From the NCBI GenBank assembly GCA_012295275.1, contig CM022674.1, positions 15,438,001 to 15,502,000 on the forward strand: a stretch of DNA of 64,000 nt. The letters are read 5' to 3'. Both the position numbers and the translations under genes were made by a program. Under the pieces are notes generated by a model. The model did no database searches. It saw nothing but the letters and a program-made list of their open reading frames with translations, and was not told the origin of the DNA. The DNA is from Chrysomallon squamiferum. Taxonomy: Eukaryota; Animalia; Mollusca. Below are positions 27,345 to 39,334 of this stretch, in pieces. How positions within the stretch are numbered: position 1 is the stretch's first letter; every line of letters starts with the position of its first letter.

Positions 27345-27540
27345 CATGCATTTTATTTTCAGTTACATGGCAGCAGAGTTATGATTAAAGAGCACCAAGA
27401 CAATGAGAGAGGAAAACTATTGCAGCCACATCATGGGCTGCTCTTTCCTCTTATCAGCAAAGAATAAGTTATATGCACCATCCCACAGACTGAATAATAA
27501 GACCAGAGAGTCTTAGTTACACCAGTTGTGGAGTATTGTA
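27345..27540. mobile_element. Degenerate SINE-like dispersed repeat; related fragments at ~50990-51065 (opposite orientation) and ~40430-40500
   Basis: GAGAGGAAA..GCCACAT..GGGCT.CTCTTTCC..AGCA..TATATGCACCATCCCACAGAC..GTTACACCAGT.GTGGAG. Its reverse complement partially matches TGTGGTATGTG.TGTCCTGTCTATGG..GGTGCA.ATAAAA..CTTGCTGCTAAT at 51006. It resembles an abundant gastropod repeat as recalled, not searched. Confidence 0.5.
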
Positions 27541-30500
27541 TAGTTGCTACAATTTTTACAAATGACCTCACGTTGATAGACTGCATTCAGTTAATTGCTG
27601 AAAACAGTAATATTTTTATTATACTGAATTTCAAGCCTTATGTTGATTTTCTAACAATACCTTCATTCCTTCTTAACAAACTTAATTTTTACTGTTTCAT
27701 TTGCTTAAAGAAATACATTTTATTATATTGAATTCATCATTTTATTTATAGATCGCATCCTAATCTGCCAACACAGAAACCTATGTTGTCAGTGGCTTCA
27801 CCAGATGGCTGGGCACCCTAGACTGTTATCAAACAGTAGAACTTGTGAAATTAAAACAGGGATGTTCAGAAGAAGCTGAGATGATCCACAATTTTTTTTT
27901 TTCTACAATAGATCACTCAAGTGTGGAAATCATATCACTATTTCGTATACAGAATCCAGTACTGTGGGAAAAGTACTGCAGGTTGGTCTCTAGAAATCAC
28001 CTGGAACACATACTTTTATCCTGTTCTACACGTTTTGTATGCATCCAAATTGATGTTTCCTTTGTTAACAGTAATATGTTATGATAAAAATTTAAACCCA
28101 AGAAAAAGTGTAAGAGTAATGTTATCAAACCTGAAATGTTAATAGTTGCAGAAAAAAGGTCAACAATTCAACAAGTGTACAAATTATGGTAGAGTAACAA
28201 TCTTAAGAAATAGACTGCATTTTGTTTACCTAAAACAGTGTTAGTGAGGATTTAAAGAGAAGAGAGTAATAGCGGTTTCAAAGATTTCCAATTAGCTATG
28301 GGATGTAACCTCAGTATCTGCTAATTGTGAGGATGTCTTAATCTCTATACTACTAGGGTTAGTCATTTATAATTTGCAATTTATTGCAATATAAAGAAAA
28401 TAAATCAATATACTTATTTTCTTCTTAATTGCAGTATGAAGAAAACAATGGTGGTGAAGCTGCAGCAGGAAGATAGCACAGGCACAGTTAATGAAAAACA
28501 CCTTTTCCATGGAACTGATAGCAAAAAAGAAATCATCCATGGTATCTGTCATAACAACATTGACTTTCGCCTCAGTGGTAAAAATGGAACAGTTTATGGA
28601 GATGGGGCATATTTCGCACGTGATGCCAAATACAGTCATAGCTACACCAGTGGCCCAGTGAGATCAGTTATCCAGAAGATCTAATTCAGTATGCCATTAC
28701 TGAGAGTTTGAATTAGTCATGTTGGTAATCTGAGTTCAGTCGTTCAAATTGTTTCCATTTGAACACAAGTACCAAGCAGATTTTCTCCTAATCCATGTAC
28801 AGCTCATTGCAGCTAGGGCATCCCAGTGTTTAATTGAGTAAAATTAGTTAATTAGAGGCATGTTAAAATTCAGATTCAGCTATATACAGAGAAAGAAAGA
28901 TAGATAGATAGATAGATTGTGTTTGTTGTGTTCTCTGAGCAATTAATATCACAAAAAATATTTTTAATTACTTTTGAAAAGAAAGATAACCTATTTAAAA
29001 GTTCCCAATATTTATGATTTTATATATACAAATGTTTACATAAATTTTTGGATTAGTTTCCTTTTGTTTTCTGTAATAAAGCTACTGAGACGGGAATGGT
29101 ATCAAAATCGATTTATTTTAATATTATGTAATTTGGTGTCAGTCAAAATAAACTTAACCCTTTTTATTAATAGAGTATTACTTTTTTCTGTCCAATTTGA
29201 CAATATTATGTGACAAGATTGCTATTCTATTATCTCTAATGAGTTGAACCTTTCTGTGTATTTTTTTTTTATTTAAATGTCATTGTCTATGGTGAATCAC
29301 AAAATATGACAGTCTATTGAATTGCACTGTCAGTATCAGAACATACTGGTACACTAACTATCAGTATTTTGCTGATGTATTTTAATTTATGTCAATTAAG
29401 ATGACAGTATTATGCAACACTCATGATATCACAGTATACTGAAAGATATTTTCAATATCAAGCCATACAGACAGTCTGGATTGTGACTCTGTATTATTTA
29501 ATTTGGAGTCATTTAATATGTTAATAGTATAGTATGTGATATTTCGAGTATCACTGCATTTTCTATCAAATTTGAGATATCTATGAATTTTAGATGGTCC
29601 TAACAGTATCGCTGGAAACTGCAGACACTCCAGCTGTTATTGACAGGTCTAACATGGTTTGTTACTAAAGTGATTTGTTGCCAAATTCTAAATACAGGTG
29701 TAATATAATCACCAGTTTGTTACTGCTCTCACAGTTTGCTTTGGACTGTTGCAGGAATATCAAAAGGCATGACAGACAAGCTGAATCAAACAGTACCAAA
29801 AAATGGTGTCATTTCACTTTTTCAGCATCATCTGACATGGTACTTGTACCAAACAGCAGTCTCCTGATTTATGGCTTATATTATTGTACAGAATTGTGGG
29901 TGTACTAGTATTCTGAAGTGAAAATAATTCTGCTGCATATCTCTGTATAACACATGTGAGATAGTGTGTTACATTCAACACTTTAATTTTACTAGTGCTA
30001 CAGAAGTAAAACATAAAATTACAAATAATGAAATAAATTTTATTAACAGTCATCATTTAGAATAAACAGAAATGGTTAAACCTGTAATAAGTGTGCATGT
30101 TTGATAAATATATTTAATAATGAACTCTTTTATTGGAAAACATTAATAATAAAACTACTCAATTTGACATTACCGTTATTGCAAATGCGTGTACATATGT
30201 AGCAACATAGGATAACAAGTTGGATGTCGCACAATGTAGTTTTGAGTCACAGCCTATTAATGTTGTCCAATGCATCAATATTTCAGGGGTTTTTTCAAAT
30301 AGTTTTTAAAATATCTCGGCTCGTGTATTTAGATGTTTTTTTTTGTTCTTTGTGTTTTTGTGTGACCTCTCAAGATCTTAGTTAACAAAATTATGCTAAA
30401 ACAAGGACTTATTTTGTCAAAATTCATCTAAAACCCATGACATTACACCCTATTGCCTTGCATATTACTGATCTGTAGAATGTGGTTTATTTATTCCATC

Positions 30501-31249
30501 AAAACTTGAGTTTTTATAATTTTCACCATGTGATTGGTTATCCTATTATGACCCATATATATATCTTTCATATGTTTACTTGATAATAAATTACTTACCA
30601 GATACAGTATATACTAATACTGACTTATAAAGAGTGATAATGATGTATATTAATTTACATAACAATGAGTTGTACTACTACAAATTTAGTACAGATTTCT
30701 ACTTTTTGTTTTGTGTTTCTTCAAAATCAATTAATTAAACTAAATGTTAGGTGTATATAATAAGGATTATGTAATAAAAACCTAATTAAAATAATTTTCT
30801 GTTGTATCAATAATGGTTAAAATAAAAGTTGGATGTGGGTGCCTTTGGACTGATTAATTAAATCATTGTTTTAATTTTATTAATTTGTTTTCTTTTCTTT
30901 TTTCCTCTTTATTTTTATTTTTTCTATTTTGTTTTTAAGTTCTTTTTTTTTTAAACTTATTACTATTATTGTTATTGTTATTAGTGTTATTATTGTTATT
31001 ATTGAAAAAAATAATAATAAACTGGTTCAGAGTGTAGTGTAAAGTGCCTTTAAAACATATCAGACCTCATTTACCATAATTTTGTACCACTACACAAACT
31101 AGAATTTGTTTAATCATCATAGAATCTATTTCTGAATTGTTAATTTTCCACTTTACTGGTTTAGTATCTTCCAAAACTGTATAAATATACACATTTGTCA
31201 CACAAACTACCATTTTAAAATAATAAATTACATAAATATATGTTTTTTT

Positions 31250-31285
<36 letters not shown>

Positions 31286-32828
31286 TGTATGTGTGTACAT
31301 ATATCTTATCTCATCTTGTTTTCAGTATTAATCTTAATTTTCCTGACTTGAAAGTATTTTTTAAACTTTAACTGCTTATACAAATAAAATCAAATAATCG
31401 GTAACTTTTTGTTGTTGTTGTTATTATTTTATTTATTTACATGCTGTTCTGACACTAGTGGCAGTGACCTTGATTAAACAGCTAATTTAATTAGGAAAGT
31501 ACACTGCTCGTTAATATGATTGGAAGTTAATGAGTGTTAGTTATTTTAATTAATATGATTAAATATAACGACTTTTTTTCTAATATCACCAATAAATCAT
31601 TTAAAAAGAGAAGAAAACTATAATAATAAAAAGATAAGTGCTTACATCGTCTTTTTTTTCTTTTTCTTTTTCTTTTTTTTTTTTTTAGTGAAGCTGTGTT
31701 ATCGTCTGCTTGTTCATACAATTTATTTCCGGTTTGTCCAACCTTTGGATTATGGGTAAAATTAGACCAAATAATTATTTGTTTTTGTAATACCAATACC
31801 GTTCTGTATTTTATATTTGAGTATTATTTTTAAATTTTAAAGATAGATGAGTATTTCACCAAGTGCAATAAAACAAAGCTAATTGGATTAGACTAGTGAT
31901 GTCCCGTATAAATGAGTAACACTGTTTGAGGACTGAAGTTATGAGGGGAGGGAAAGAAGAACGAAAACGAACTATAGTGTTGTTGTTACTATTATCGTTA
32001 TTACTTAAAGCTCGGTGAGTCTAGAAAACCCATTGTTAAGTAATATAATGACAGTGAATGTGCACTAAATGGTCTCCCTCGACGACTAGTTGCGCCAGTG
32101 AAAGACACAGGTGTTAGAAAGTTAAGTTCGTAAGCAAGATTTCGGGAATAATTTTTTGATTTATATTATATTATATTTATATATATTTCATTTCGTTTTA
32201 TTCATTTTATTTATTTATTTTTATTTATTTATTTATTATGAGAATGCATGCGGGTTTGCTTTTTTGTGGGGGGAGTCTTGTGACAGTTTAAAATTTAAAT
32301 TTTAAATATTATGTTAAGTTTTAAACGACATTTCGTATATTTCAAACCAGTAAAAACACTTCATATTACAGCATCCATGTGTAACGTTGTTTGTTTTCAT
32401 TCTACCGTCAGGGAAACATACTATTGGTTCAATGATTTAAAGGCTACTAAAATACATTACTGCGAAAATAAGTAGGTAGATATAGGAAATGGACAAGAAA
32501 ACAACGATTGAATTAAAGTAAATATACTGTTATTTAATTAATAAAATTGTGTTTAAAAATATATATCCACTGAATTCTACAATAACTATTACTTAATTAC
32601 TGAGATCCGCTCAAATGAAAACGCCCTCATGCTGAAAAGTTCTTTATGTTGTTTAATTCACGACGTTGTTCAGACCTTACCTACAGCGATGATCTTCAAA
32701 CCAACAGCGATACACTCCGGTAATTGAGAGATAGTTCCGCATTTCTGCTCTGGCCTCTAATTGACCAGAACATCTAAATACCTATAAGAACAGCGCTGTA
32801 CCTTCGTCAACCAGTTACAATTATAGTT

Positions 32829-33807
32829 ATGGACACTTTAATTTTAATTCTTAGTTGTTTGCTCGATAAGTACTTGATATTTATTGTTTTAATTAATTAA
32901 CTGGAGTTTTACGAAATTAATATTAAAAATATCTTTAAAATATATAGTTACCATAATCGTATGTATTTATTAATTTATTTATATTTATTTCTATATTTAT
33001 GTATTACATAATTTACCACATTATTATTATTGTTATTATTAATATTATTTATTTATTTATTTATTATTATTTTTTATCTATCTACAGCTACCCTACTTTA
33101 ACTAGCACAGAATTGAGGTATTCGGGTATGTCCGGCTCCAAACGGCGACTTTCCGAATCTGTTCAGTGACAACTGTCAGACCTTTTTTTCGATGTAACAA
33201 CAACTTTGCGCAACTGATGCGGTGTCCGCGTGGTTATCTCTTTGACTTCAACACGAGAACGTGCAGACACCGCTACTTAGTCGACTGTAAACGCCAGACT
33301 AAAGTATACGCAGCTCGTTCTTTGCTGCAGTCTCTCTACAACAGAAACAACAACTACAAGAATCTAGGCACCGCCGGGCAGTTGTTGCCATTACCGGTAA
33401 CTCCAAACGTGTTAGGCGGGAACACGGGTGTTCGCCACAGCCACATCGTGCCAGGCGTCGGAGTTATAACCCATCAGCATCCTGTGCAGCAGTCTAAAGT
33501 GTCTGTGGTGAACGGGCAGGTGGTCACGAAGTCTGTGCCGCACACGCACCCCTTTGTAACAAACCCTTTTTTGCAGCAGTCAGCCTTAATCACCAGCAAG
33601 ATGAAGAAGTCAACGTCATCCCCAGTCACCGTCAGAAAGCAGATACTGATCCCACCTTCTCCCACTGTACCCACCATTCGTGAAGTAACAACGGCGACAA
33701 CGACCTTTCCACTGGGTACGACAAGCGCTACGTCCACGACGTCGCTTCTTGATGTGAAGCAAAACACAATAACGAAGAATGATGTAATTCCCCATATTAT
33801 GACGTAA
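32829..33807 (+). pseudogene. Secreted chitin-binding (CBM14/peritrophin-A-like) protein with His-motif and Thr-rich tail, disrupted
   Basis: TATA-like TATAAG at ~32783. Exon 1 32829-32865 (MDTLILILSCLL) has the donor mutated to ataagt. Exon 2 from 33088: VCPAPNGDFPNLFSDNCQT/FFRCNNNFAQLMRCPRGYLFDFNTRTCRHRYLVDC (six-Cys CBM14 spacing). Two early stops and a frameshift in the T-run at ~33185. Confidence 0.78.
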
Positions 33808-33858
33808 AGATCTTACAGATCGTATCATGTAATAACATCTTATGATGTAAAGATATTA

Positions 33859-33906
<48 letters not shown>

Positions 33907-34186
33907 GATTCACGCTTTGTCACAATTAAGTTGTTTCATATGTTTAGGAAGTTGACTGTTATAAAATACTTTCTATTATGATCGTCAGTTTTATTAAACA
34001 TTATTATTATTTTTTTTTTTTTTCATTTCGCTTGTTATGATTAAAAGATGATAGTGCATGGGGATAGACATTATATTTATCGCTTCACTTTTTAATTTTT
34101 TAATTTTTTGTTTTTTTGGACAATATTACATAGTTCGTATTTTCCTGGCGTAGTTTCATATATCAAAACTTTATTTCTTTAGTGCG

Positions 34187-34218
<32 letters not shown>

Positions 34219-34245
34219 AAAATATGCATCCAGTTTACACGATCA

Positions 34246-35003
34246 AATACTCTAGAGATAATTTTAAAGCAGTCAACGTTACGCACAGTGATTATATAAA
34301 AGGATAATTTGTATAACTATTAGATTTGTGGAGAGGTATTGTTGGAATCATTAGCATATTATGCATTGTACAATATCGACATTTAATAAAAATATTTATT
34401 ACAAATTGCAAGTGTTTTCGTTTTTATTAACATTTTCACGTTTAATGATTGAATTAATGGAGAATATTCCTCTTCGGAGTCGGGGTTAGAAGGTACAAAA
34501 ACTTTCCTGTATTCAGACTCAAATATGTTAATCATATCAAATTTAAATGAATGCAAGTTTTTATAATTTGTTCTCACTATATTTAATTTTATTAATAAAT
34601 AACGAAAAGAAACGGAAGGAAGATTAAAGAAAATAAATAAATAAATATATAAATCATTAATAATAACGTATAAACGAGTTCTGCTTGTTATTTATCAAAT
34701 AGTTACCGTTAACTTGTTCGTAATTCGACAGCTACTGCGCATGATCATTGAGAACCGGAACTACAAGCAGTACCAACACTCGTCAGATAATAATATATAG
34801 TAACTAATGATGCCGTTCTGCGCGACAAATTCCGGAGATAATAATATACTTGTAACGACACAGTAGAAATGACGTCAGAGCGAAAACAAAATTGTGCTTT
34901 GCTTTAAAGACCATCTAGGATAACACGAAAGCCTCTTTATTTTAGCTTCAGAACGCCAAAACGTGAAGTATAGATTGCTTTTAATAGTTTGTTTCTTCGT
35001 TAG

Positions 35004-35072
<69 letters not shown>

Positions 35073-38000
35073 TTTTACACTGTGGTTTTCCATCATCATT
35101 GTTTTTACTTTATAATTAGTACTGATTTATTATTATTTTTTATTACTTTTTAAAAATACTTTTTGTGTTTGTTTATTTGTATTAAATAAATAAATAAATA
35201 AAAAGATTAAACCTATCAATAAACGTATCACATTAAAAAGCCGATATAAAAAATAAATCACATCGGTAAACAAATCAAACTTTAACTTTTTTATTTATTT
35301 TTTATTTCTTCCTTTATTTTAAATTTCCTTCTGCCATATTTCAGCAAAAGCAGTAGCTTGCAGTAAATTAATTTAATATCTACCTCTGTAATAAAACCAC
35401 AAACATTTAATTTTTAATGGATCTGTACGGAAGAAAACCTGGAACGCGGAACTAGCCGGTCTGTATATTTAACGACTGTAAAAACTAACTGTGTGGTTTT
35501 CTATAATCACTGGGTATTAACACGTTCGCCTGTTGTGACTCGTCATGAGGTTAAACAAACAAAAAAAAAGTCTGAGAAGGTTCAAGCTGTGAACTGGGCG
35601 TGAGAAGTGAAACAGAAAATTGAAACAGACTGAAAAACGTCACTTGTGAAAATGTTATTGCGTTTGATAATCTGTGGTGAGTTCATTTGTGTGTTTTAGT
35701 TCGGTGTTGTTTATTTTTATCTATTCATTTATTAATTAATTTCTTTATTTATTTATTTTTTTTTTTTTTTTTTTTAATGTTTTAGTATTTGTATTGTCTC
35801 AGCTTCAGAGATTTTGTCGCTAGCAAGTCGTCTCCCTTTGATTTTGACCCTAATCGTCTTCCGAATAACCAGAGACCGCAATTAATCGACGATATCGATA
35901 TAAACAGCAACGATTATCGTAGAAGATTTAGATAACACACTGCACTGTAATTATTATTATTTTGTTGTTGAGTATGAATGTTTTGCATCAGATTCAGCAG
36001 TAATGTTTAAGTAAGAGAAAAGAAAATTCTATGTTCTGTTTTGACTAAAACCATTTATTATGTGTATATGTGTGTGTGTTTCTTGTTTGTAACTGTTTTT
36101 CAGCTATATTATCTGCAAAATAAAAGAAAGAAAAACAAGAAAATAAATAAATAAATCATCTTTTATACATATATATATGCATTCAGAGTTTTCAGAGTTT
36201 GAAATGCGATGACAAGAAATATAATATGTATGTAAACTTGGAAAGATAGCTGAAAATAATTCTACGTATACACATACACACACATGCACACATATATACT
36301 CGGACAACTATTTAAATGTATCACAACATAATAATATATCATTATTATAATGTTTTTAAAATGTAAATAAATGAAAAGTTTTGTATTCTGTGAGTATTCG
36401 TACCTATTGGTTAACTTATTCACGTACAGGTCTCTGGGAACACCGAATGTTGATAGTGGGAATGTTGAGTTGGCAGTTCTTGCAATAGGTCCGCGCCTGA
36501 TTTGTTAGCCAGAAGTTGACGTCGCGTTGAAGTTGTTGACAGTCAATTCTGTTAATGAAGTTACAGCCGTTTGACACAAGCTGACAAATTCCCGACCACC
36601 TGAAAACAGTTTATAATTATATATAACTGAAAACGGTAACTCATCAGATAGATAGACGGACAATGAATAATGACAAAGCAATCCAACGAAGACAAAGACA
36701 CAGTAAGTTAGTAAGTAACAAAGTAAATACTATTTTACCCTGATTTGGAACTGGTCTCACTGTGCCTCTTGTCCAAGGTCTTCGTGTTGTACGGCGAGAC
36801 CATGGCCACCTTGTCGTCTGTCTCGACCACGTCCTTCTTGTAGGCGACATGTGACTGGTCCAGTGTTGCCATGACGAAGTGGCTGTCTGCCATCTTTGTC
36901 TGAAGTGGGTCTCGTAAATCTGGGAATCTGCTGAAACTGGTTTCGGTTAGGGCGACGATTTCAGTTCGGGTTGTTGGTTCGCTGACTCCAGTTTGAACTG
37001 TTTTTTCGCCGATTCCAGTTTTGGTTGAAGCAATCCGTTCTTGAGATACTGGAAGATTCCACACATCTTCTGAAATTGTCGTCAAATAATGTGCCGTAAA
37101 AATGCGCTGTAAAGATATAAAAATATGAAATTATTTACCGAAACCTAGTAGGTATACTTCGTCCATTTCTACAGGTATGCAGCAGTTAGAAAGTAGAAAC
37201 AAATATAAAAATCGAAAACTAAACCAGCTGTAAAATTAATGTATAGAAAATTATGTTGGACATTTGAAGCTAGGTGTCAGGGAAATTACAAGCCATTCAT
37301 AGAGATCATTTAAAAATTAACACCTTTAACCGATATTTCAAGGAACGTAGCAAGAAGTAATCTGGTAGTGTAAACATGAAAGAAATGTCGTGTGGTCCTT
37401 GTCTTGATTTTCACTGAAAAATACGCCTTCATACATTCTTTATTTTACTTTGTGTATATATAAACAGCCAAATATTCACTTCTACTTCCTCGACAATTAT
37501 TGCTATAACTACTACCACTACTATAACGTACTACTACTATTGTTACAACTGATATTTATACTATAACCTCTGCTACGATTAACAGGCAGTATTTAGGAAT
37601 GTGAAGCTACGTTTATGTAACTAGTGGTATGTCCACAACTTCCAGTAAGAAGATTTACCTTGCTTATGACATTCACAGCAAATACATTTTAAAAAAAAGA
37701 AACAGATCGAAAGAAAAAAGACAATAAATAAAAAATAATAATAATAATAATAATCATCATCATCATAATAATAATAATAAAAAACAATTAAAAAAACAGC
37801 AGCAACCCCACAAACGAAAGAGTTAACTATAACACATGAAGAAACGACAAATATATCACTCTTTCTTTGCACTAACGTAATATGATAATCATTTTATGTA
37901 ATGGAGTGGGTGTTGGATTTTTAAAAAAAAATCAAAATTAAACAAAACCCAATAAATTTTGCACGACACAAAAGCGAAATACACCAAACGGTCGGTTAAA

Positions 38001-38373
38001 GACCGCGAAAGACCGCGATGTACTGCGACTTTGCAAGGCCTCTCTAGGCCGCTTCTCCATAAAGGTCGTGTCATTTTCAGTCACCTCGGCTTTAAAATTC
38101 CAGCTTTACTCGCATAAAGGCTTTTCAAGCGAATGTTCTTCATATCTAGTCGTTCCTGTTGTCAAGCGAGACAAAATCTGTTAACTTAAACTGCTTATAA
38201 TTTATCTAGTCCTTTATTATTATTATTATTATTATTATTACTACTCCTCCTACTACTCCTACTACTACTACTCCTACTACACCAACTACTACTACTACTA
38301 TTACTACTTCTACCATTACTACTACTACAACAGGAAGTACACTTAAAATAAACCATGACCTTATTATATTGCG

Positions 38374-38427
<54 letters not shown>

Positions 38428-39334
38428 TAACAGATTTAATGTGCTCTTATAAAAAAAATACTTAAAGATTCTTTAAAAATCTCCAGATATTTATTTCTTT
38501 TAATCACTATTCATTTTTTAGTGATACCAAACTTTTTTTTTTCGGTGTTCAGATAAACAGCAGATCATTAAAGTACAACCAATAGCGATAACAGACCTGC
38601 CCATTCGTTATCTTTATTTACGGACACGATATCAGTATTTCAGACAGAAAAACAAATCATAACAACAACAGCAGTAATGAAAATAGCAGCAGCAAGAATA
38701 ACGATAGCTACAACAGAAATAAATAAATAAAATTCAATGTAAAACAACAGTATCAGTATTTTAAACTAATACGTGTATATATGTATATATCTGATATAAT
38801 TGCCAGGTGCATTTTTTAAAGTATCATCTCTAAATAAACACATAGATAAATAAATCGAATGAAAGCTCTACAGCCATTTCATGTTAGTGTGCAAGCGCAA
38901 AATGCCATGGCCGGACGTTGCGTTCCGTTTGCCATGACTTCAAACCTAATGCACAGTTTCCGGAAGAATGCGTAGCAATAACAGAGAATCAGTGTGGCCT
39001 ATAAACGAAACTAGACACGTCCAACAGCTCAGGTAAGCTGATTTTCTGGAAATGTTATTATGCTGATTGATTCTGTTAACTATGATTATAACATTAAACG
39101 TGTTATTACTCATATTTATAAACAATAAGAACGTGACACTTTTGGTATTCTGCGATGGTTAATAACTAAGATTACCATTCTATGCCTGTGGTAAATGCCC
39201 GTTTGTAAATCACGGAAGTATGTTAGATGTTCTCTATCCTTACAAATACGACTAGCAGCACAAGAGCAAATCATAAAAATATTTAAATATTCAGTAAAAA
39301 GTTTGCTTATAAGGCCATCATCGAAATTTCAAGA
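34246..39334. repeat. Segmental duplication copy 2 (of 8248-14591), with ~1-kb deletion removing the His-motif coding region
   Basis: Junction ATTTTGA|CCCTAATCG at ~35847 joins the equivalents of ~9966 and ~10944. ORF 36735-37085 is nearly identical to 12006-12356. Confidence 0.95.
38886..39032 (+). other. Orphan copy of putative PARP exon 1 (no PARP body follows)
   Basis: Essentially identical to 14140-14288, including donor gtaagc. Intron 1 is cut at 39334 by the inverted segment. Confidence 0.65.

Larger units (their letters stand above)
23266..28665 (+). pseudogene. PARP12/ZAP-like copy C (divergent subfamily, RGG-rich N-terminus), disrupted and 3'-truncated
   Basis: Exons ..25596, 26789-27004, 27752-27981, 28435-~28662 (HLFHGTDS...GAYFARDAKYSHSY). 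In-frame stops at 23833, 23868 and 24445, frameshift ~24690. The WWE2 exon and the second half of the ART domain are not found. Confidence 0.85.

Noticed and set aside
28700-32700. Additional genes in the 4-kb interval after copy C
   Set aside because: Only short AT-rich ORFs with no motif or consistent splice pattern that I could recognise.
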